Origin: a virus
Lineage: Duplodnaviria; Caudoviricetes
Strand: one strand, 5' to 3'
IMG/VR virus record: IMGVR_UViG_3300020048_000007
Span: 1 to 64,000 of that record
Length of the DNA stretch: 64,000 nt
Shown here piece after piece: positions 53,390-62,567 of this stretch. A model generated the notes under the pieces. The model saw only the letters and a program-made list of their open reading frames with translations. It had not been told where the DNA came from and did not search any database. Numbering within the stretch: the stretch's first letter is position 1; every line of letters starts with the position of its first letter. The position numbers and the translations under genes are program-made.

Positions 53390-54848
53390 TTAGCATCTCT
53401 TTTAATTTGGCTATTGGTTCATCCCATACTCTTGGGCATTCCTGTCTCAGTAGTGTCACGTTGTCGCCGTACCATGGGCTTTGGTCTCCTGAGTGGGACC
53501 AGACGTAGTACGCTGAGATTGGGACCAGTATGATCACTTTTTTGCCCATTGACGCGGCAGCGTGGGCTATCGATGTGCAGGATGTGATGATAATGTCTAG
53601 GTTTGCTATCGCACCAAAGAGATCTTCTATCGTCTGCAGCTCTGAGCTTAGGTCAGATATTCCTGGGAAATCTTTTAATTCTTCTAGGCCGTGGTCTCTT
53701 TGGAGGCTATAGTAGTAATAGTCTTTGTTTCCTATAGCTTCGTACAGTTGCTTTATTGGATAGGAGCGGTGCAGGTCGTGGTCGTAGGCTGGGTTCCCTT
53801 GCCATCTGATCCCTATTTTTAGTCTTTTAGGTAGTTTATCTGGCAGCGGGCTAAATCCTGAATAGTAAGTTAACTGTTCCCAAGCATATCCATAAAGTTT
53901 TAGGGACCATTTATCAATGAATGCTTGATCTGCTTTTAGATATGGCCCGTACCAGAGATCTTCATATTGTAAGTCTAAGTATATCGGGAGATGCATGGAG
54001 TAAGTCCATTGCACTCCTGGTATCTTCCTCACTTCCGTTAGGTCGTTTATGACAGTGAAACCGTTGTTTTGGAATAGTTCGGTCAAACCTTTCCGCTCAT
54101 CGTTTGTGGCTTTTCCGTGCCATTTTGCGTACCAATATGGTATGATTCCCCGTTCTTTGAGATGCTTCATGAATCTGATATTGATTATTTCATCACCGAT
54201 TCCTGCTTCTGCATATACGATTAGATGTTTAACATCTGGCGTGCCCTGCCAGAATGGCAAGTCTAAGTCTTGGTTTCTGTTAAATATAGTCTCGGTGTTC
54301 CATAGTTTCATTTTGGCACCGTCTAATATGAAGTGCCTCAGTCCTTCTTGGAATTTGTCTCTATATAGGTAATAAGTACCCAGGTTAAAGTTGATTTTTA
54401 TTCTTGTCTCTTCGGATATGTCTTTGCTTTCTAGCGCTTTGTGTAGTATTTCTTCGGCTTCTGGTTTTCTATTTAATAGGTATAATGAGTATGCTTTTTC
54501 TAGCTGGACTTCTACGTCCTGTGGCATTATACGTTCGTTGCATTTAATATATGTGAGGGCTTTTTCTGGTAGGTTAGCATGGTTATAGACATTAATTAGG
54601 TTGTTTCGTGTGATATATGTGTGTTGTGGGCTTGGTGCCACTACGAGTGCTTTTTCGCCATAATTTATGGCTTCCATGTAATTCTTGAGCTTGAAGTAGC
54701 ATTTTGATATATTGTCGTATTGCGGGAAGTGCCCGGCGTGTTTGGCGAATGTTTCTAGGATTAGGAAGGAGAGATCTGTTCTTCCAAATTTATCTAGCAT
54801 GTATGTGATCGGCTCGAGGTCGTCTACGCCTCTTGGTTGTTCATCCAT
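53382..54848 (-). CDS. TPR-repeat + GT9 (heptosyltransferase-like, GT-B) protein
   Basis: N-terminal TPRs (YMEAINYGEKAL, NLGTYYL); IVYAEAGIGDEI; IGIRWQGNP; YSLQ; LDIIITSCTSIAHAAASMGK. Confidence 0.82.
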   Translation of the reverse strand: MDEQPRGVDDLEPITYMLDKFGRTDLSFLILETFAKHAGHFPQYDNISKCYFKLKNYMEAINYGEKALVVAPSPQHTYITRNNLINVYNHANLPEKALTYIKCNERIMPQDVEVQLEKAYSLYLLNRKPEAEEILHKALESKDISEETRIKINFNLGTYYLYRDKFQEGLRHFILDGAKMKLWNTETIFNRNQDLDLPFWQGTPDVKHLIVYAEAGIGDEIINIRFMKHLKERGIIPYWYAKWHGKATNDERKGLTELFQNNGFTVINDLTEVRKIPGVQWTYSMHLPIYLDLQYEDLWYGPYLKADQAFIDKWSLKLYGYAWEQLTYYSGFSPLPDKLPKRLKIGIRWQGNPAYDHDLHRSYPIKQLYEAIGNKDYYYYSLQRDHGLEELKDFPGISDLSSELQTIEDLFGAIANLDIIITSCTSIAHAAASMGKKVIILVPISAYYVWSHSGDQSPWYGDNVTLLRQECPRVWDEPIAKLKEMLNG

Positions 54849-55389
54849 TTTTCACCACCAGTAGCTTTATGAAGACGTCTTTGTATACGTTATTAAACCG
54901 CTTGCTGAGTGTATCGAGCTCTTCGTATTTGCCTTCTGTGGCGAGGTGTTGGAAGTCATCGTCGACTGAGAATGAGTAGTCTGCTACTTCGAAGTCTACG
55001 TTTAATCTGGGGGCGAAGCCGCTGCTACTTTCGTGGTGTTCTTTATGCCAGGTGCAATATTTCTTGCTGAATTGTCTGAGCATGTTTACCGTTATTGGGC
55101 GTCTGTGGGTGGGATCGCCGTAGTAGTTTTCGTGTCTGTGGTGTGGTACCGCTATGTCTATTATGGCACTGTCTTGGCAGACTCGGTATAATTCTTTTAT
55201 GACGTGGAAAAAACCTTCTCCTATGTGTTCTAGGATGTGGTGGGCTCTTATTTCTTCTATGCTGTTGTCTTCGAATGGCCAGGTTTCTGTTTCTAGGTTG
55301 AAGCAGTAGTCTGGTTCTGTTAGTGGGTCGTGGTCTATGTTTTGATAGCCGTCTAGTCTTTTGTAGCCGCCGCCTATGTTTAGCTTCAT
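54841..55389 (-). CDS. Class I SAM-dependent methyltransferase (type 11-like)
   Basis: KLNIGGG...GYQNID; PFEDNSIEEI.AHHILEH; ELYRVC; GDPTH. Confidence 0.85.
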   Translation of the reverse strand: MKLNIGGGYKRLDGYQNIDHDPLTEPDYCFNLETETWPFEDNSIEEIRAHHILEHIGEGFFHVIKELYRVCQDSAIIDIAVPHHRHENYYGDPTHRRPITVNMLRQFSKKYCTWHKEHHESSSGFAPRLNVDFEVADYSFSVDDDFQHLATEGKYEELDTLSKRFNNVYKDVFIKLLVVKNG

Positions 55390-55784
55390 CGTTTTTCCTG
55401 TATGAAGTCTTCTGGGCCGTATAGTTCTATTGTTTTATTGTGTCGCATGATTATATACGGGGTGTTGTGTTTATTTGCGAAATTAGTCAGTTCTGATATG
55501 GCTTGTGGGTTTACGTTATTTGTTATTTCTATGGCTCTTAGGAATTGTCCTTTTGTCCATTTTTCTACTGAGATCATGAGTCCTGATTGGTCTGGTCTCA
55601 TCCATTCTGGGAAGAGTTCTTGGGTCCATGCGCATTGGTAGTTTTTACAGACTTGGGGTCTTGCGTTGTATATGAGGCATCCTGAGCATTGGAATGGGCA
55701 CCTGTTGTTTAATATGGTCAGGCCATATACATTTAGCTTTAGGTGGCCGTCGCAACAGGCTGTGCATTCAGAGCATGGTCGCAT
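55386..55784 (-). CDS. YkgJ-like Cys-cluster (Zn/Fe-chelating) protein
   Basis: RPCSECTACC...CPF...CLIYNARPQVCKNYQCAW. Confidence 0.75.
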   Translation of the reverse strand: MRPCSECTACCDGHLKLNVYGLTILNNRCPFQCSGCLIYNARPQVCKNYQCAWTQELFPEWMRPDQSGLMISVEKWTKGQFLRAIEITNNVNPQAISELTNFANKHNTPYIIMRHNKTIELYGPEDFIQEKR

Positions 55785-58106
55785 TCATATAACTACTACA
55801 ATGGCCAATGTATGATCATAGCCTAAAGACACTTGTGTCCATGTATTACTCTTAGTCACAGTCTGAACTGGAGAAGCTCTGTTGGTTGTGGTACCATCAC
55901 CTACTGCTCCGACTGTATTAAAACCCCAACACCATAATGTACCATCAGTTTTTATGGCTCCACAGCGATATCGATTAACAGCAATACTTTTCCAATTTGT
56001 GCCTAATGAAACTGTTTGTACTGGTGAGGATCTGGAAGTTGAAGTATTGTCACCCAATGCGCCAACTAAATTACCGCCCCACATCCAAAGAGTCCCATCA
56101 TTCTTCACTGCTCCTGAATGTATGAAATTGTTCGCTCTGCTACATGCGACTTGCGCCCAATTTGTACCAGCGGCTATGGTCTGAACAGGTGATGACATAG
56201 ACGAAGTAGAATTGTTGCCTAGCTGGCCATTTCCATTTGCACCCCATAGCCATAAAGTGCCGTCCGTTTTTATCCCTCCGGTATAGTTCCTGCCTGCTGA
56301 TGCAGATAACCAAGTCGTTCCTGCGGTAATAGTTTGGACCGGTGAACTCTTGCTGGCTATGGTATTATCACCGAGTTGACCGCTAGTTCCCAAACCCCAG
56401 TTCCATATAGTTCCATCAGTTTTAACAGAAACGATATGCGCCGATCCGCACGAAATGTTTCTCCAATCTATGCCGCCAGTTATGGTCTGAATCGGCGAGC
56501 TTTTATTTATTGTGGTATTATCAGCAATTTGCCCGCTATCATTTGCGCCCCATACCCATAGTGTCCCATCTGTCTTGATAGCAGCGGTAAAACCGTTAAA
56601 GCCAGTGCCACCGCATGCGACCGTTCTCCAATTTGAGCCACCAGTGATAGTCTGAACAGGAGAACTTTTATGCGCTGTCGTATTATCACCTATTTGACCT
56701 GAGTCATTGCGGCCCCAGCACCAAAGTGTACCATCAGACTTGACACCGGCTGAATGTCTATATCCAGCGGATACTGTAACCCATATGTTATCCTTGGATA
56801 CTATTTGTGTTGGTGAAGACACGGCTATTTGATTATTAGTGCCCAATTGTCCATCAGATCCTTGCCCAAACCCGTATACGGTACCATAGTCATTAGCTCT
56901 AAATGGAAACTTTTCCATGTATACGTCGCTTAGGTCAACCAGTGCGGTTGTAAAACTATTGCCTACAGCACCGCTATGGACAGAATTGGAACCCTCACCA
57001 ACATTCTTGAAAAAAACAGACCCGGTGATTTGAGTAGGGTTGGATCTAGCAGTATTAGCATTATCACCTAAATGGCCAGCACCTCCCGCACTGCCCCATG
57101 TAAAAATCCTACCATCATTTTTAAGAGCTCGAACCATACTACTTCCAGCCCACGCGTCGCGCCAATCTTTACTATTTAAACCAGTCTGTACAGGCGAAGA
57201 TTTAGACACGGCAGTATTATCACCCATCTGTCCTAAGATGCCACTACCCCATACCCATAATGAATTGTCAGTCTTAAGAGCCACAGCATTATTCTGCGTT
57301 ATTGAGACTAAGCTCCAATTTGTTCCGCCAGCAACAGTCTGAACAGGTGAAGATCTGCTAACAGTATCATTAGTGCCTAACATGCCTTGAAGGTTATTAC
57401 CCCAGACCCATAATGTACCATCGGTTTTAACGCAAGAAGTAGCACCATAACCAGCAGATACTTTGGACCAATTAGCTCCACCTGCTACTGTCTGGACAGG
57501 AGATGATCTGTTAGTCGAAGTGTTGTCACCGAGGCCACCCCTTGCCCCTGCCCAGTATCCTTGACTACCCCATAACCATAAAGTGCCATCAGTCTTTATT
57601 GCTGCGGTGTGACCATATCCACAAGAGATAGAACTCCAATTACTGCCACCAGCGATTGTCTGGATAGGCGAACTTTTAGCAGCAGTCGTGTTATCACCTA
57701 GTTGACCAGATGCATTATTGCCCCACATCCATAGCGTGCCATCAGTCTTTATGCCTCCACAAAAGTTATACCCAAGCGCTACTGATGACCAGTTGGTGCC
57801 TCCTGCTATTGTTTGGATTGGTGATGATTTTGTAACTGCTGTATTGTCGCCTAATTGACCACTGGTGCCTCTACCCCAGCACCATAATGTGCCATCTGAT
57901 TTTATTGCTGCACTAGAATTGAAAGATGTCACTACGCTTGACCAGTTTGTACCGCCAGTTATTGTCTGGACTGGTGAGGATCTGTTAACTAGTGTGTTAT
58001 CGCCTATTTGGCCGAAGTTATTATAACCCCACATCCATAGTTCGCCGGATGGCAGTTCTGCACCTATTATTGGTCCTTTGTATTGAAATCTATAGCCGCT
58101 TGCCAT
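55785..58106 (-). CDS. RCC1/BLIP-II repeat protein, two beta-propellers, 773 aa
   Basis: About 14 repeats of ~51 aa: IKTDGTLWxWGxNxxGQLGDNTxxxKSSPVQT. Confidence 0.9.
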   Translation of the reverse strand: MASGYRFQYKGPIIGAELPSGELWMWGYNNFGQIGDNTLVNRSSPVQTITGGTNWSSVVTSFNSSAAIKSDGTLWCWGRGTSGQLGDNTAVTKSSPIQTIAGGTNWSSVALGYNFCGGIKTDGTLWMWGNNASGQLGDNTTAAKSSPIQTIAGGSNWSSISCGYGHTAAIKTDGTLWLWGSQGYWAGARGGLGDNTSTNRSSPVQTVAGGANWSKVSAGYGATSCVKTDGTLWVWGNNLQGMLGTNDTVSRSSPVQTVAGGTNWSLVSITQNNAVALKTDNSLWVWGSGILGQMGDNTAVSKSSPVQTGLNSKDWRDAWAGSSMVRALKNDGRIFTWGSAGGAGHLGDNANTARSNPTQITGSVFFKNVGEGSNSVHSGAVGNSFTTALVDLSDVYMEKFPFRANDYGTVYGFGQGSDGQLGTNNQIAVSSPTQIVSKDNIWVTVSAGYRHSAGVKSDGTLWCWGRNDSGQIGDNTTAHKSSPVQTITGGSNWRTVACGGTGFNGFTAAIKTDGTLWVWGANDSGQIADNTTINKSSPIQTITGGIDWRNISCGSAHIVSVKTDGTIWNWGLGTSGQLGDNTIASKSSPVQTITAGTTWLSASAGRNYTGGIKTDGTLWLWGANGNGQLGNNSTSSMSSPVQTIAAGTNWAQVACSRANNFIHSGAVKNDGTLWMWGGNLVGALGDNTSTSRSSPVQTVSLGTNWKSIAVNRYRCGAIKTDGTLWCWGFNTVGAVGDGTTTNRASPVQTVTKSNTWTQVSLGYDHTLAIVVVI

Positions 58107-58120
58107 TATTCATTTCTCCC

Positions 58121-59347
58121 TTAATAATTTCCATCAGCGATAGCAGCGGTGCACCCTTGTCGGGGCGAGCATGAAGCTTGTCTCCAAGTAGCCCCACCCA
58201 TAATAGTCTGAACCGGTGAGGATCTGTTAACAGTGGAATTACTACCAAGTTGACCAGCAGAGCCAGCACCCCACATCCATAACGTACCGTCAGATTTAAC
58301 ACAAGCAGTATGATTATAACCGGCTGAAACTAGCTTCCAAGTACTTCCTCGCGCTATTGTCTGAATCGGCGAGGATTTGCTGACACCAGAATTATCACCA
58401 AGTACACCAGAACTATTACTGCCCCATAACCATAAGGAACCATCAGTTTTAACACAAGCAGTATGGGCGTTACTGCAAGATGCTTGGGTCCAATTAGTCC
58501 CACCGGCAATAGTCTGTACAGGTGAGGATCTATTGATTATTGAGTTATCACCAAGCCGGCCTGAACCATTAGCGCCCCATAACCATAATGTACCATCAGT
58601 TTTCACACAAGCAGTGTGGGCGGTACCACATGACACTTGTTTCCAAGTAGTCCCCCCAGTAATGGTTTGCACTGGTGAAGATTTACCAGCTACGGTATTA
58701 TCACCAAGCTGGCCGGAACTATTTAAGCCCCAAGTCCATAATGTGCCATCAGATTTAATACAAGCAGTATGGCTATCACCACATGACACTTGTGTCCAAG
58801 TAGTCCCCCCAGTAATAGTCTGAACCGGTGAGGATCTGCTAACAGTGGAATTACTACCAAGTTGACCATTAGAATTACTACCCCACAACCATAATGTCCC
58901 GTCAGTCTTAACAGCAGCAGTATGACTTTGGCCACACGAGACTTGTTTCCAATTCGTACCACCAGCTATAGTCTGCACTGGCGAAAATCTATCAGTTTTA
59001 GTACCATCACCAAGATTACCACCATAACCATTATCACCCCACAACCATAATGTCCCGTCAGTCTTAACAGCAGCAGTATGTCTATATCCACACGAAACTT
59101 GCTTCCAATTCGTACCACCAGCTATAGTCTGAACAGGCGAAGATTTAGAATTCGAAAAAGTACCATCACCAAGTTGGCCATAGGAATTGTTACCCCATAA
59201 CCATAACGCTGGTGTTTTCACACCTGGCGCTAAATTTGGGTAAACATCGATAATATAATCCTTTAAAACCCAACCAGTCGATCCAAAATCAGTATTTAGC
59301 ATCTGATCCCTAAAGCCAGTCATTATAGTCCTATCAACTACTGGCAT
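58121..59347 (-). CDS. RCC1/BLIP-II repeat protein, one beta-propeller, 408 aa
   Basis: Seven highly similar repeats: VSCGxxHTAxVKTDGTLWLWG...SSPVQT. Confidence 0.9.
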   Translation of the reverse strand: MPVVDRTIMTGFRDQMLNTDFGSTGWVLKDYIIDVYPNLAPGVKTPALWLWGNNSYGQLGDGTFSNSKSSPVQTIAGGTNWKQVSCGYRHTAAVKTDGTLWLWGDNGYGGNLGDGTKTDRFSPVQTIAGGTNWKQVSCGQSHTAAVKTDGTLWLWGSNSNGQLGSNSTVSRSSPVQTITGGTTWTQVSCGDSHTACIKSDGTLWTWGLNSSGQLGDNTVAGKSSPVQTITGGTTWKQVSCGTAHTACVKTDGTLWLWGANGSGRLGDNSIINRSSPVQTIAGGTNWTQASCSNAHTACVKTDGSLWLWGSNSSGVLGDNSGVSKSSPIQTIARGSTWKLVSAGYNHTACVKSDGTLWMWGAGSAGQLGSNSTVNRSSPVQTIMGGATWRQASCSPRQGCTAAIADGNY

Positions 59348-59348
59348 A

Positions 59349-60038
59349 TCACACCCCCTGAGGTATTACGACAACAGCGTTAATTTCATCTAAAGAAGAG
59401 CAAGCATCAATCTCATTGACCTTAGCTAACTCCCAATCAAAAGCAGACTGAACACTCTTATCAACCTGCGAAAGAATAAACTCAATATCAGCTCTATTCA
59501 AATTCACCCAACCATCCTGCAACTTCCAATTTACGAACTGATCACCCAAAGAAGGCAGTTTAGAAGCCAGTAAAGATCTCGTAGCCTTATCAGTCCTAAT
59601 AGTGATAGTACGACCGACAGGAAGAAAATCGACACCAACAGTCAAACTATCAGGCACATAGGACGGGGGAGAGAAAGGCAGAGATAGTGTTAAATCAACA
59701 TTCTCCTTGTTATAACGCTCAACAGCCACCTCTTGCTTCAAATTACCCTTTGCGATATCAATATTAAGAGGACTGGGATAATAAGTCGCGATTACTTTAT
59801 CCTCTTGAATATCCCATAATGGACCATCAAGATATTGGGTCCTAGGATTGCAATCCTGCCTGATTTCGATGAGTGGTAATATTCTAGTACGGAGATCAAG
59901 AGAAAACGGTACTCTGTCTTGGTCAGACATCATGACCATACCCGCCACACCAAGGTCACGCAACTCAGAATTAATACGCCCAAGATACCATTTATCAAAA
60001 GTTATGGAAATCTGATTCATATAGACAAGAGCATACAT
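59349..60038 (-). CDS. Tail-fibre assembly-like protein (DUF4376-type C-terminus)
   Basis: LKQEVAVERYNKE...NWKLQDGWVNLNRADI..I...V...VQSAFDWE.....I. Confidence 0.6.
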   Translation of the reverse strand: MYALVYMNQISITFDKWYLGRINSELRDLGVAGMVMMSDQDRVPFSLDLRTRILPLIEIRQDCNPRTQYLDGPLWDIQEDKVIATYYPSPLNIDIAKGNLKQEVAVERYNKENVDLTLSLPFSPPSYVPDSLTVGVDFLPVGRTITIRTDKATRSLLASKLPSLGDQFVNWKLQDGWVNLNRADIEFILSQVDKSVQSAFDWELAKVNEIDACSSLDEINAVVVIPQGV

Positions 60039-60040
60039 TT

Positions 60041-60673
60041 TTAAACTCCTATCTCTTCAAGATCCAAGGCAACCAGAACAGTATCAAGATCACAGACACT
60101 ACCAGTAGCAAAACCGACCATATTAGAATAAACGGCAGTCGAAGTCTCAGCATCACATCTTACATAGAACAGCGTTTGTACACCACTACTCTGAGTACCA
60201 CCAAATAGCTCAAGAGCCAAAAGCTGTGCCTTGGCATCTTCTGTAATAGAGACTACTGCGCCATAGTGTGTTGCTGGTTCCACGCCGGACCCTGATAATG
60301 GTATGTCAAAGCTATTGCCGGGTGCTATTACAGCAGCCATTGCGTTGTATTGGTCTTTAGCTGGCTCTAAGCAGACCATATAGTATAGGTATGGTGTTGA
60401 GCTTTGGCCATCTCCGACTGTGATGTTGCCAGCGGTTGCTTCTATGGCCGCAGCAGCGTCTTGTTTTGCTTTTTCTATTTCGTACAGTTTTACGTGTTGC
60501 GTTATAAACCCACGGATCACACTATTTGCAAAAACAGCTTTGCTTTGCGGATTCGGGATGGTTCCTGTACCGTTTGGGTTGGGTACTGTGTTTTGGTAGC
60601 TGAAGTTAGCAGCGATTGCATCAAATACTCTATCTGAGTCGATGTCTGCTATATAAATTGAAAGCGTTGCCAT
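60041..60673 (-). CDS. Hypothetical protein in the tail-fibre operon, 210 aa
   Basis: GGAG SD; 2-nt gap to the next gene. Confidence 0.7.
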   Translation of the reverse strand: MATLSIYIADIDSDRVFDAIAANFSYQNTVPNPNGTGTIPNPQSKAVFANSVIRGFITQHVKLYEIEKAKQDAAAAIEATAGNITVGDGQSSTPYLYYMVCLEPAKDQYNAMAAVIAPGNSFDIPLSGSGVEPATHYGAVVSITEDAKAQLLALELFGGTQSSGVQTLFYVRCDAETSTAVYSNMVGFATGSVCDLDTVLVALDLEEIGV

Positions 60674-60697
60674 GAGCAGCTATTCTCCATTTCCTAT

Positions 60698-60706
60698 TAT
60701 AGATTT
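60698..60706 (-). promoter_or_regulatory. Putative phage promoter motif AAATCTATA
   Basis: Upstream of the SD of 60673. Confidence 0.5.
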
Positions 60707-60710
60707 GAGA

Positions 60711-62564
60711 TCAACCAGAGAATGTGGTTGCGAAAGTAGTATTATAACCACACTCGACCTGCTTCCAGAGAGACCCACCAGCAAGCGTCTGAATCGGTGA
60801 TGACCTCCTAATTACAGTGTTATCACCAAGCTGGCCAACGCCATTAAAACCCCACACCCACAATGTTCCATCATTCTTTACTGCGGCAGTGTGTTTATAT
60901 CCACACGATACATATTTCCAATTAGTTCCACCAGCAACCGTCTGAACAGGCGAAGACCTATCATTTATAGTATTGTCTCCAAGCTGGCCATAAGCGTTTA
61001 AACCCCATAACCATAAAGAACCGTCGGTCTTTATGCCAGCCATATGGCTCGCTCCAGCAGACACTTTAAACCAATCCATACTCTTTGTAAAAACCTGAAC
61101 CGGTGATGATCTATTCGTGATGCTGTTATCGCCCAGTTGCCCCCAGATGTTATAACCCCATGTCCATAGAGAATAGTCAGTAGCGATAGCAGCAGAACTG
61201 TTGCTCACAGATACGTAGTTCCATCGTTTACCAGTGGTTGTGACTTGGATGGGAGAAGACTTACTGACGACCGTATTATCACCAAGCTGGCCATAAGCGT
61301 TACTACCCCAAAGCCATAAAGTATTATCATCTTTGATACCTGCAGAGGACAAGCTGCCACCTGTGGCTTGTATCCAATTAGCAGCAGTTCCCACTTGAAT
61401 TGGCGAGGACTTATTCACTGACGTATTATCACCAAGCTGGCCACTACTATTTAACCCCCATGTCCAAATAGTATTATCATTTTTAGCAGCCACAGCATGG
61501 GTAGACATAGAAAGATACTTCCAATTAGTTCCACCGGCAACAGTCTGAACTGGAGAAGATCTGTATATAGTCGAAGTGTTTTGTCCAAGCTCACCGGCAG
61601 TATTGTAACCCCATGTCCATAAAGTGCCGTCGGACTTAATACCGCCTGACCTATAAAAACTCCTTGCAGCTTGTTCCCAATTTCCGCCGAAATCCACTGT
61701 CTGAACCGGCGTAGATCTGTTAATTATAGAATTGTCACCTAGCTGGCCGTAATTATTCACCCCAAACACAAATAATTTGCTACCAACATACTGATCTATC
61801 AACCAAGCATCAGTAATGAAAAGATCATTTAATTTGGTACCACCAGCATAAAATGTGCTCTTGCCAGTTCCATATGAAAGCCAGCCGACTGTACCATGAG
61901 ACTTTGTTGTTGCAACAGCGACATCTGAGGTATTACTGGCACCAAAAAGACCCGTTCCGCTCCATTGCAAATCGTTACTAATAATGCCGGTGCCGTATGA
62001 GCCACCAGAATTTAAATTAATAGAAAACCCACCAACTGTATCCGTCACATTATTATTGAATTTCCAGTAATGAGATAATGTTGACGGGTATGGAGAGGTG
62101 AACTCTGTTGGGGCTCCACCATTGTAGATCGTGGTTAGGTTTACTGGGGTCGCATCAGTACCTTGATAAATCTGAACTTCATCAACCGAGTCATAGAAGC
62201 CGATTGTATTAAAGCTCCTAGCGCCCGCCCCACCAGCCCCAATCGCAGTAAACGCTCCAGCATTTACACTATACCTATATCTTGGATTCTGAGCTACGTC
62301 ATCAGCGCACCTTATCGCAAGCATATACCAAGTATCTGCAGTAGCGGCGCTAGCCGTTGTCGGGCCTAAAACAAGAGAACCATTCAAGCCATCCACTACC
62401 CAATTACCAGAGCTGTAGGAAAACGAGATCATGCAGTTAGTATTAGGTGGTGTATTGTCGTCCACCCCGTTATCCAGCTTAAACCCTGATTTAACTCCTA
62501 CTGAACTACGGTATTTGCACCAGGCCACTATCGTCCAGTCGCGCGCTGTTATAATTGCTGGCAT
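60711..62564 (-). CDS. LamG-like domain (apparently circularly permuted) + RCC1 beta-propeller protein, 617 aa
   Basis: WTIVAW...WYMLAI...VDEVQIY precedes LSHYWKFNNNVTDTVG; then seven RCC1 repeats. Confidence 0.8.
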   Translation of the reverse strand: MPAIITARDWTIVAWCKYRSSVGVKSGFKLDNGVDDNTPPNTNCMISFSYSSGNWVVDGLNGSLVLGPTTASAATADTWYMLAIRCADDVAQNPRYRYSVNAGAFTAIGAGGAGARSFNTIGFYDSVDEVQIYQGTDATPVNLTTIYNGGAPTEFTSPYPSTLSHYWKFNNNVTDTVGGFSINLNSGGSYGTGIISNDLQWSGTGLFGASNTSDVAVATTKSHGTVGWLSYGTGKSTFYAGGTKLNDLFITDAWLIDQYVGSKLFVFGVNNYGQLGDNSIINRSTPVQTVDFGGNWEQAARSFYRSGGIKSDGTLWTWGYNTAGELGQNTSTIYRSSPVQTVAGGTNWKYLSMSTHAVAAKNDNTIWTWGLNSSGQLGDNTSVNKSSPIQVGTAANWIQATGGSLSSAGIKDDNTLWLWGSNAYGQLGDNTVVSKSSPIQVTTTGKRWNYVSVSNSSAAIATDYSLWTWGYNIWGQLGDNSITNRSSPVQVFTKSMDWFKVSAGASHMAGIKTDGSLWLWGLNAYGQLGDNTINDRSSPVQTVAGGTNWKYVSCGYKHTAAVKNDGTLWVWGFNGVGQLGDNTVIRRSSPIQTLAGGSLWKQVECGYNTTFATTFSG

Positions 62565-62567
62565 TTA

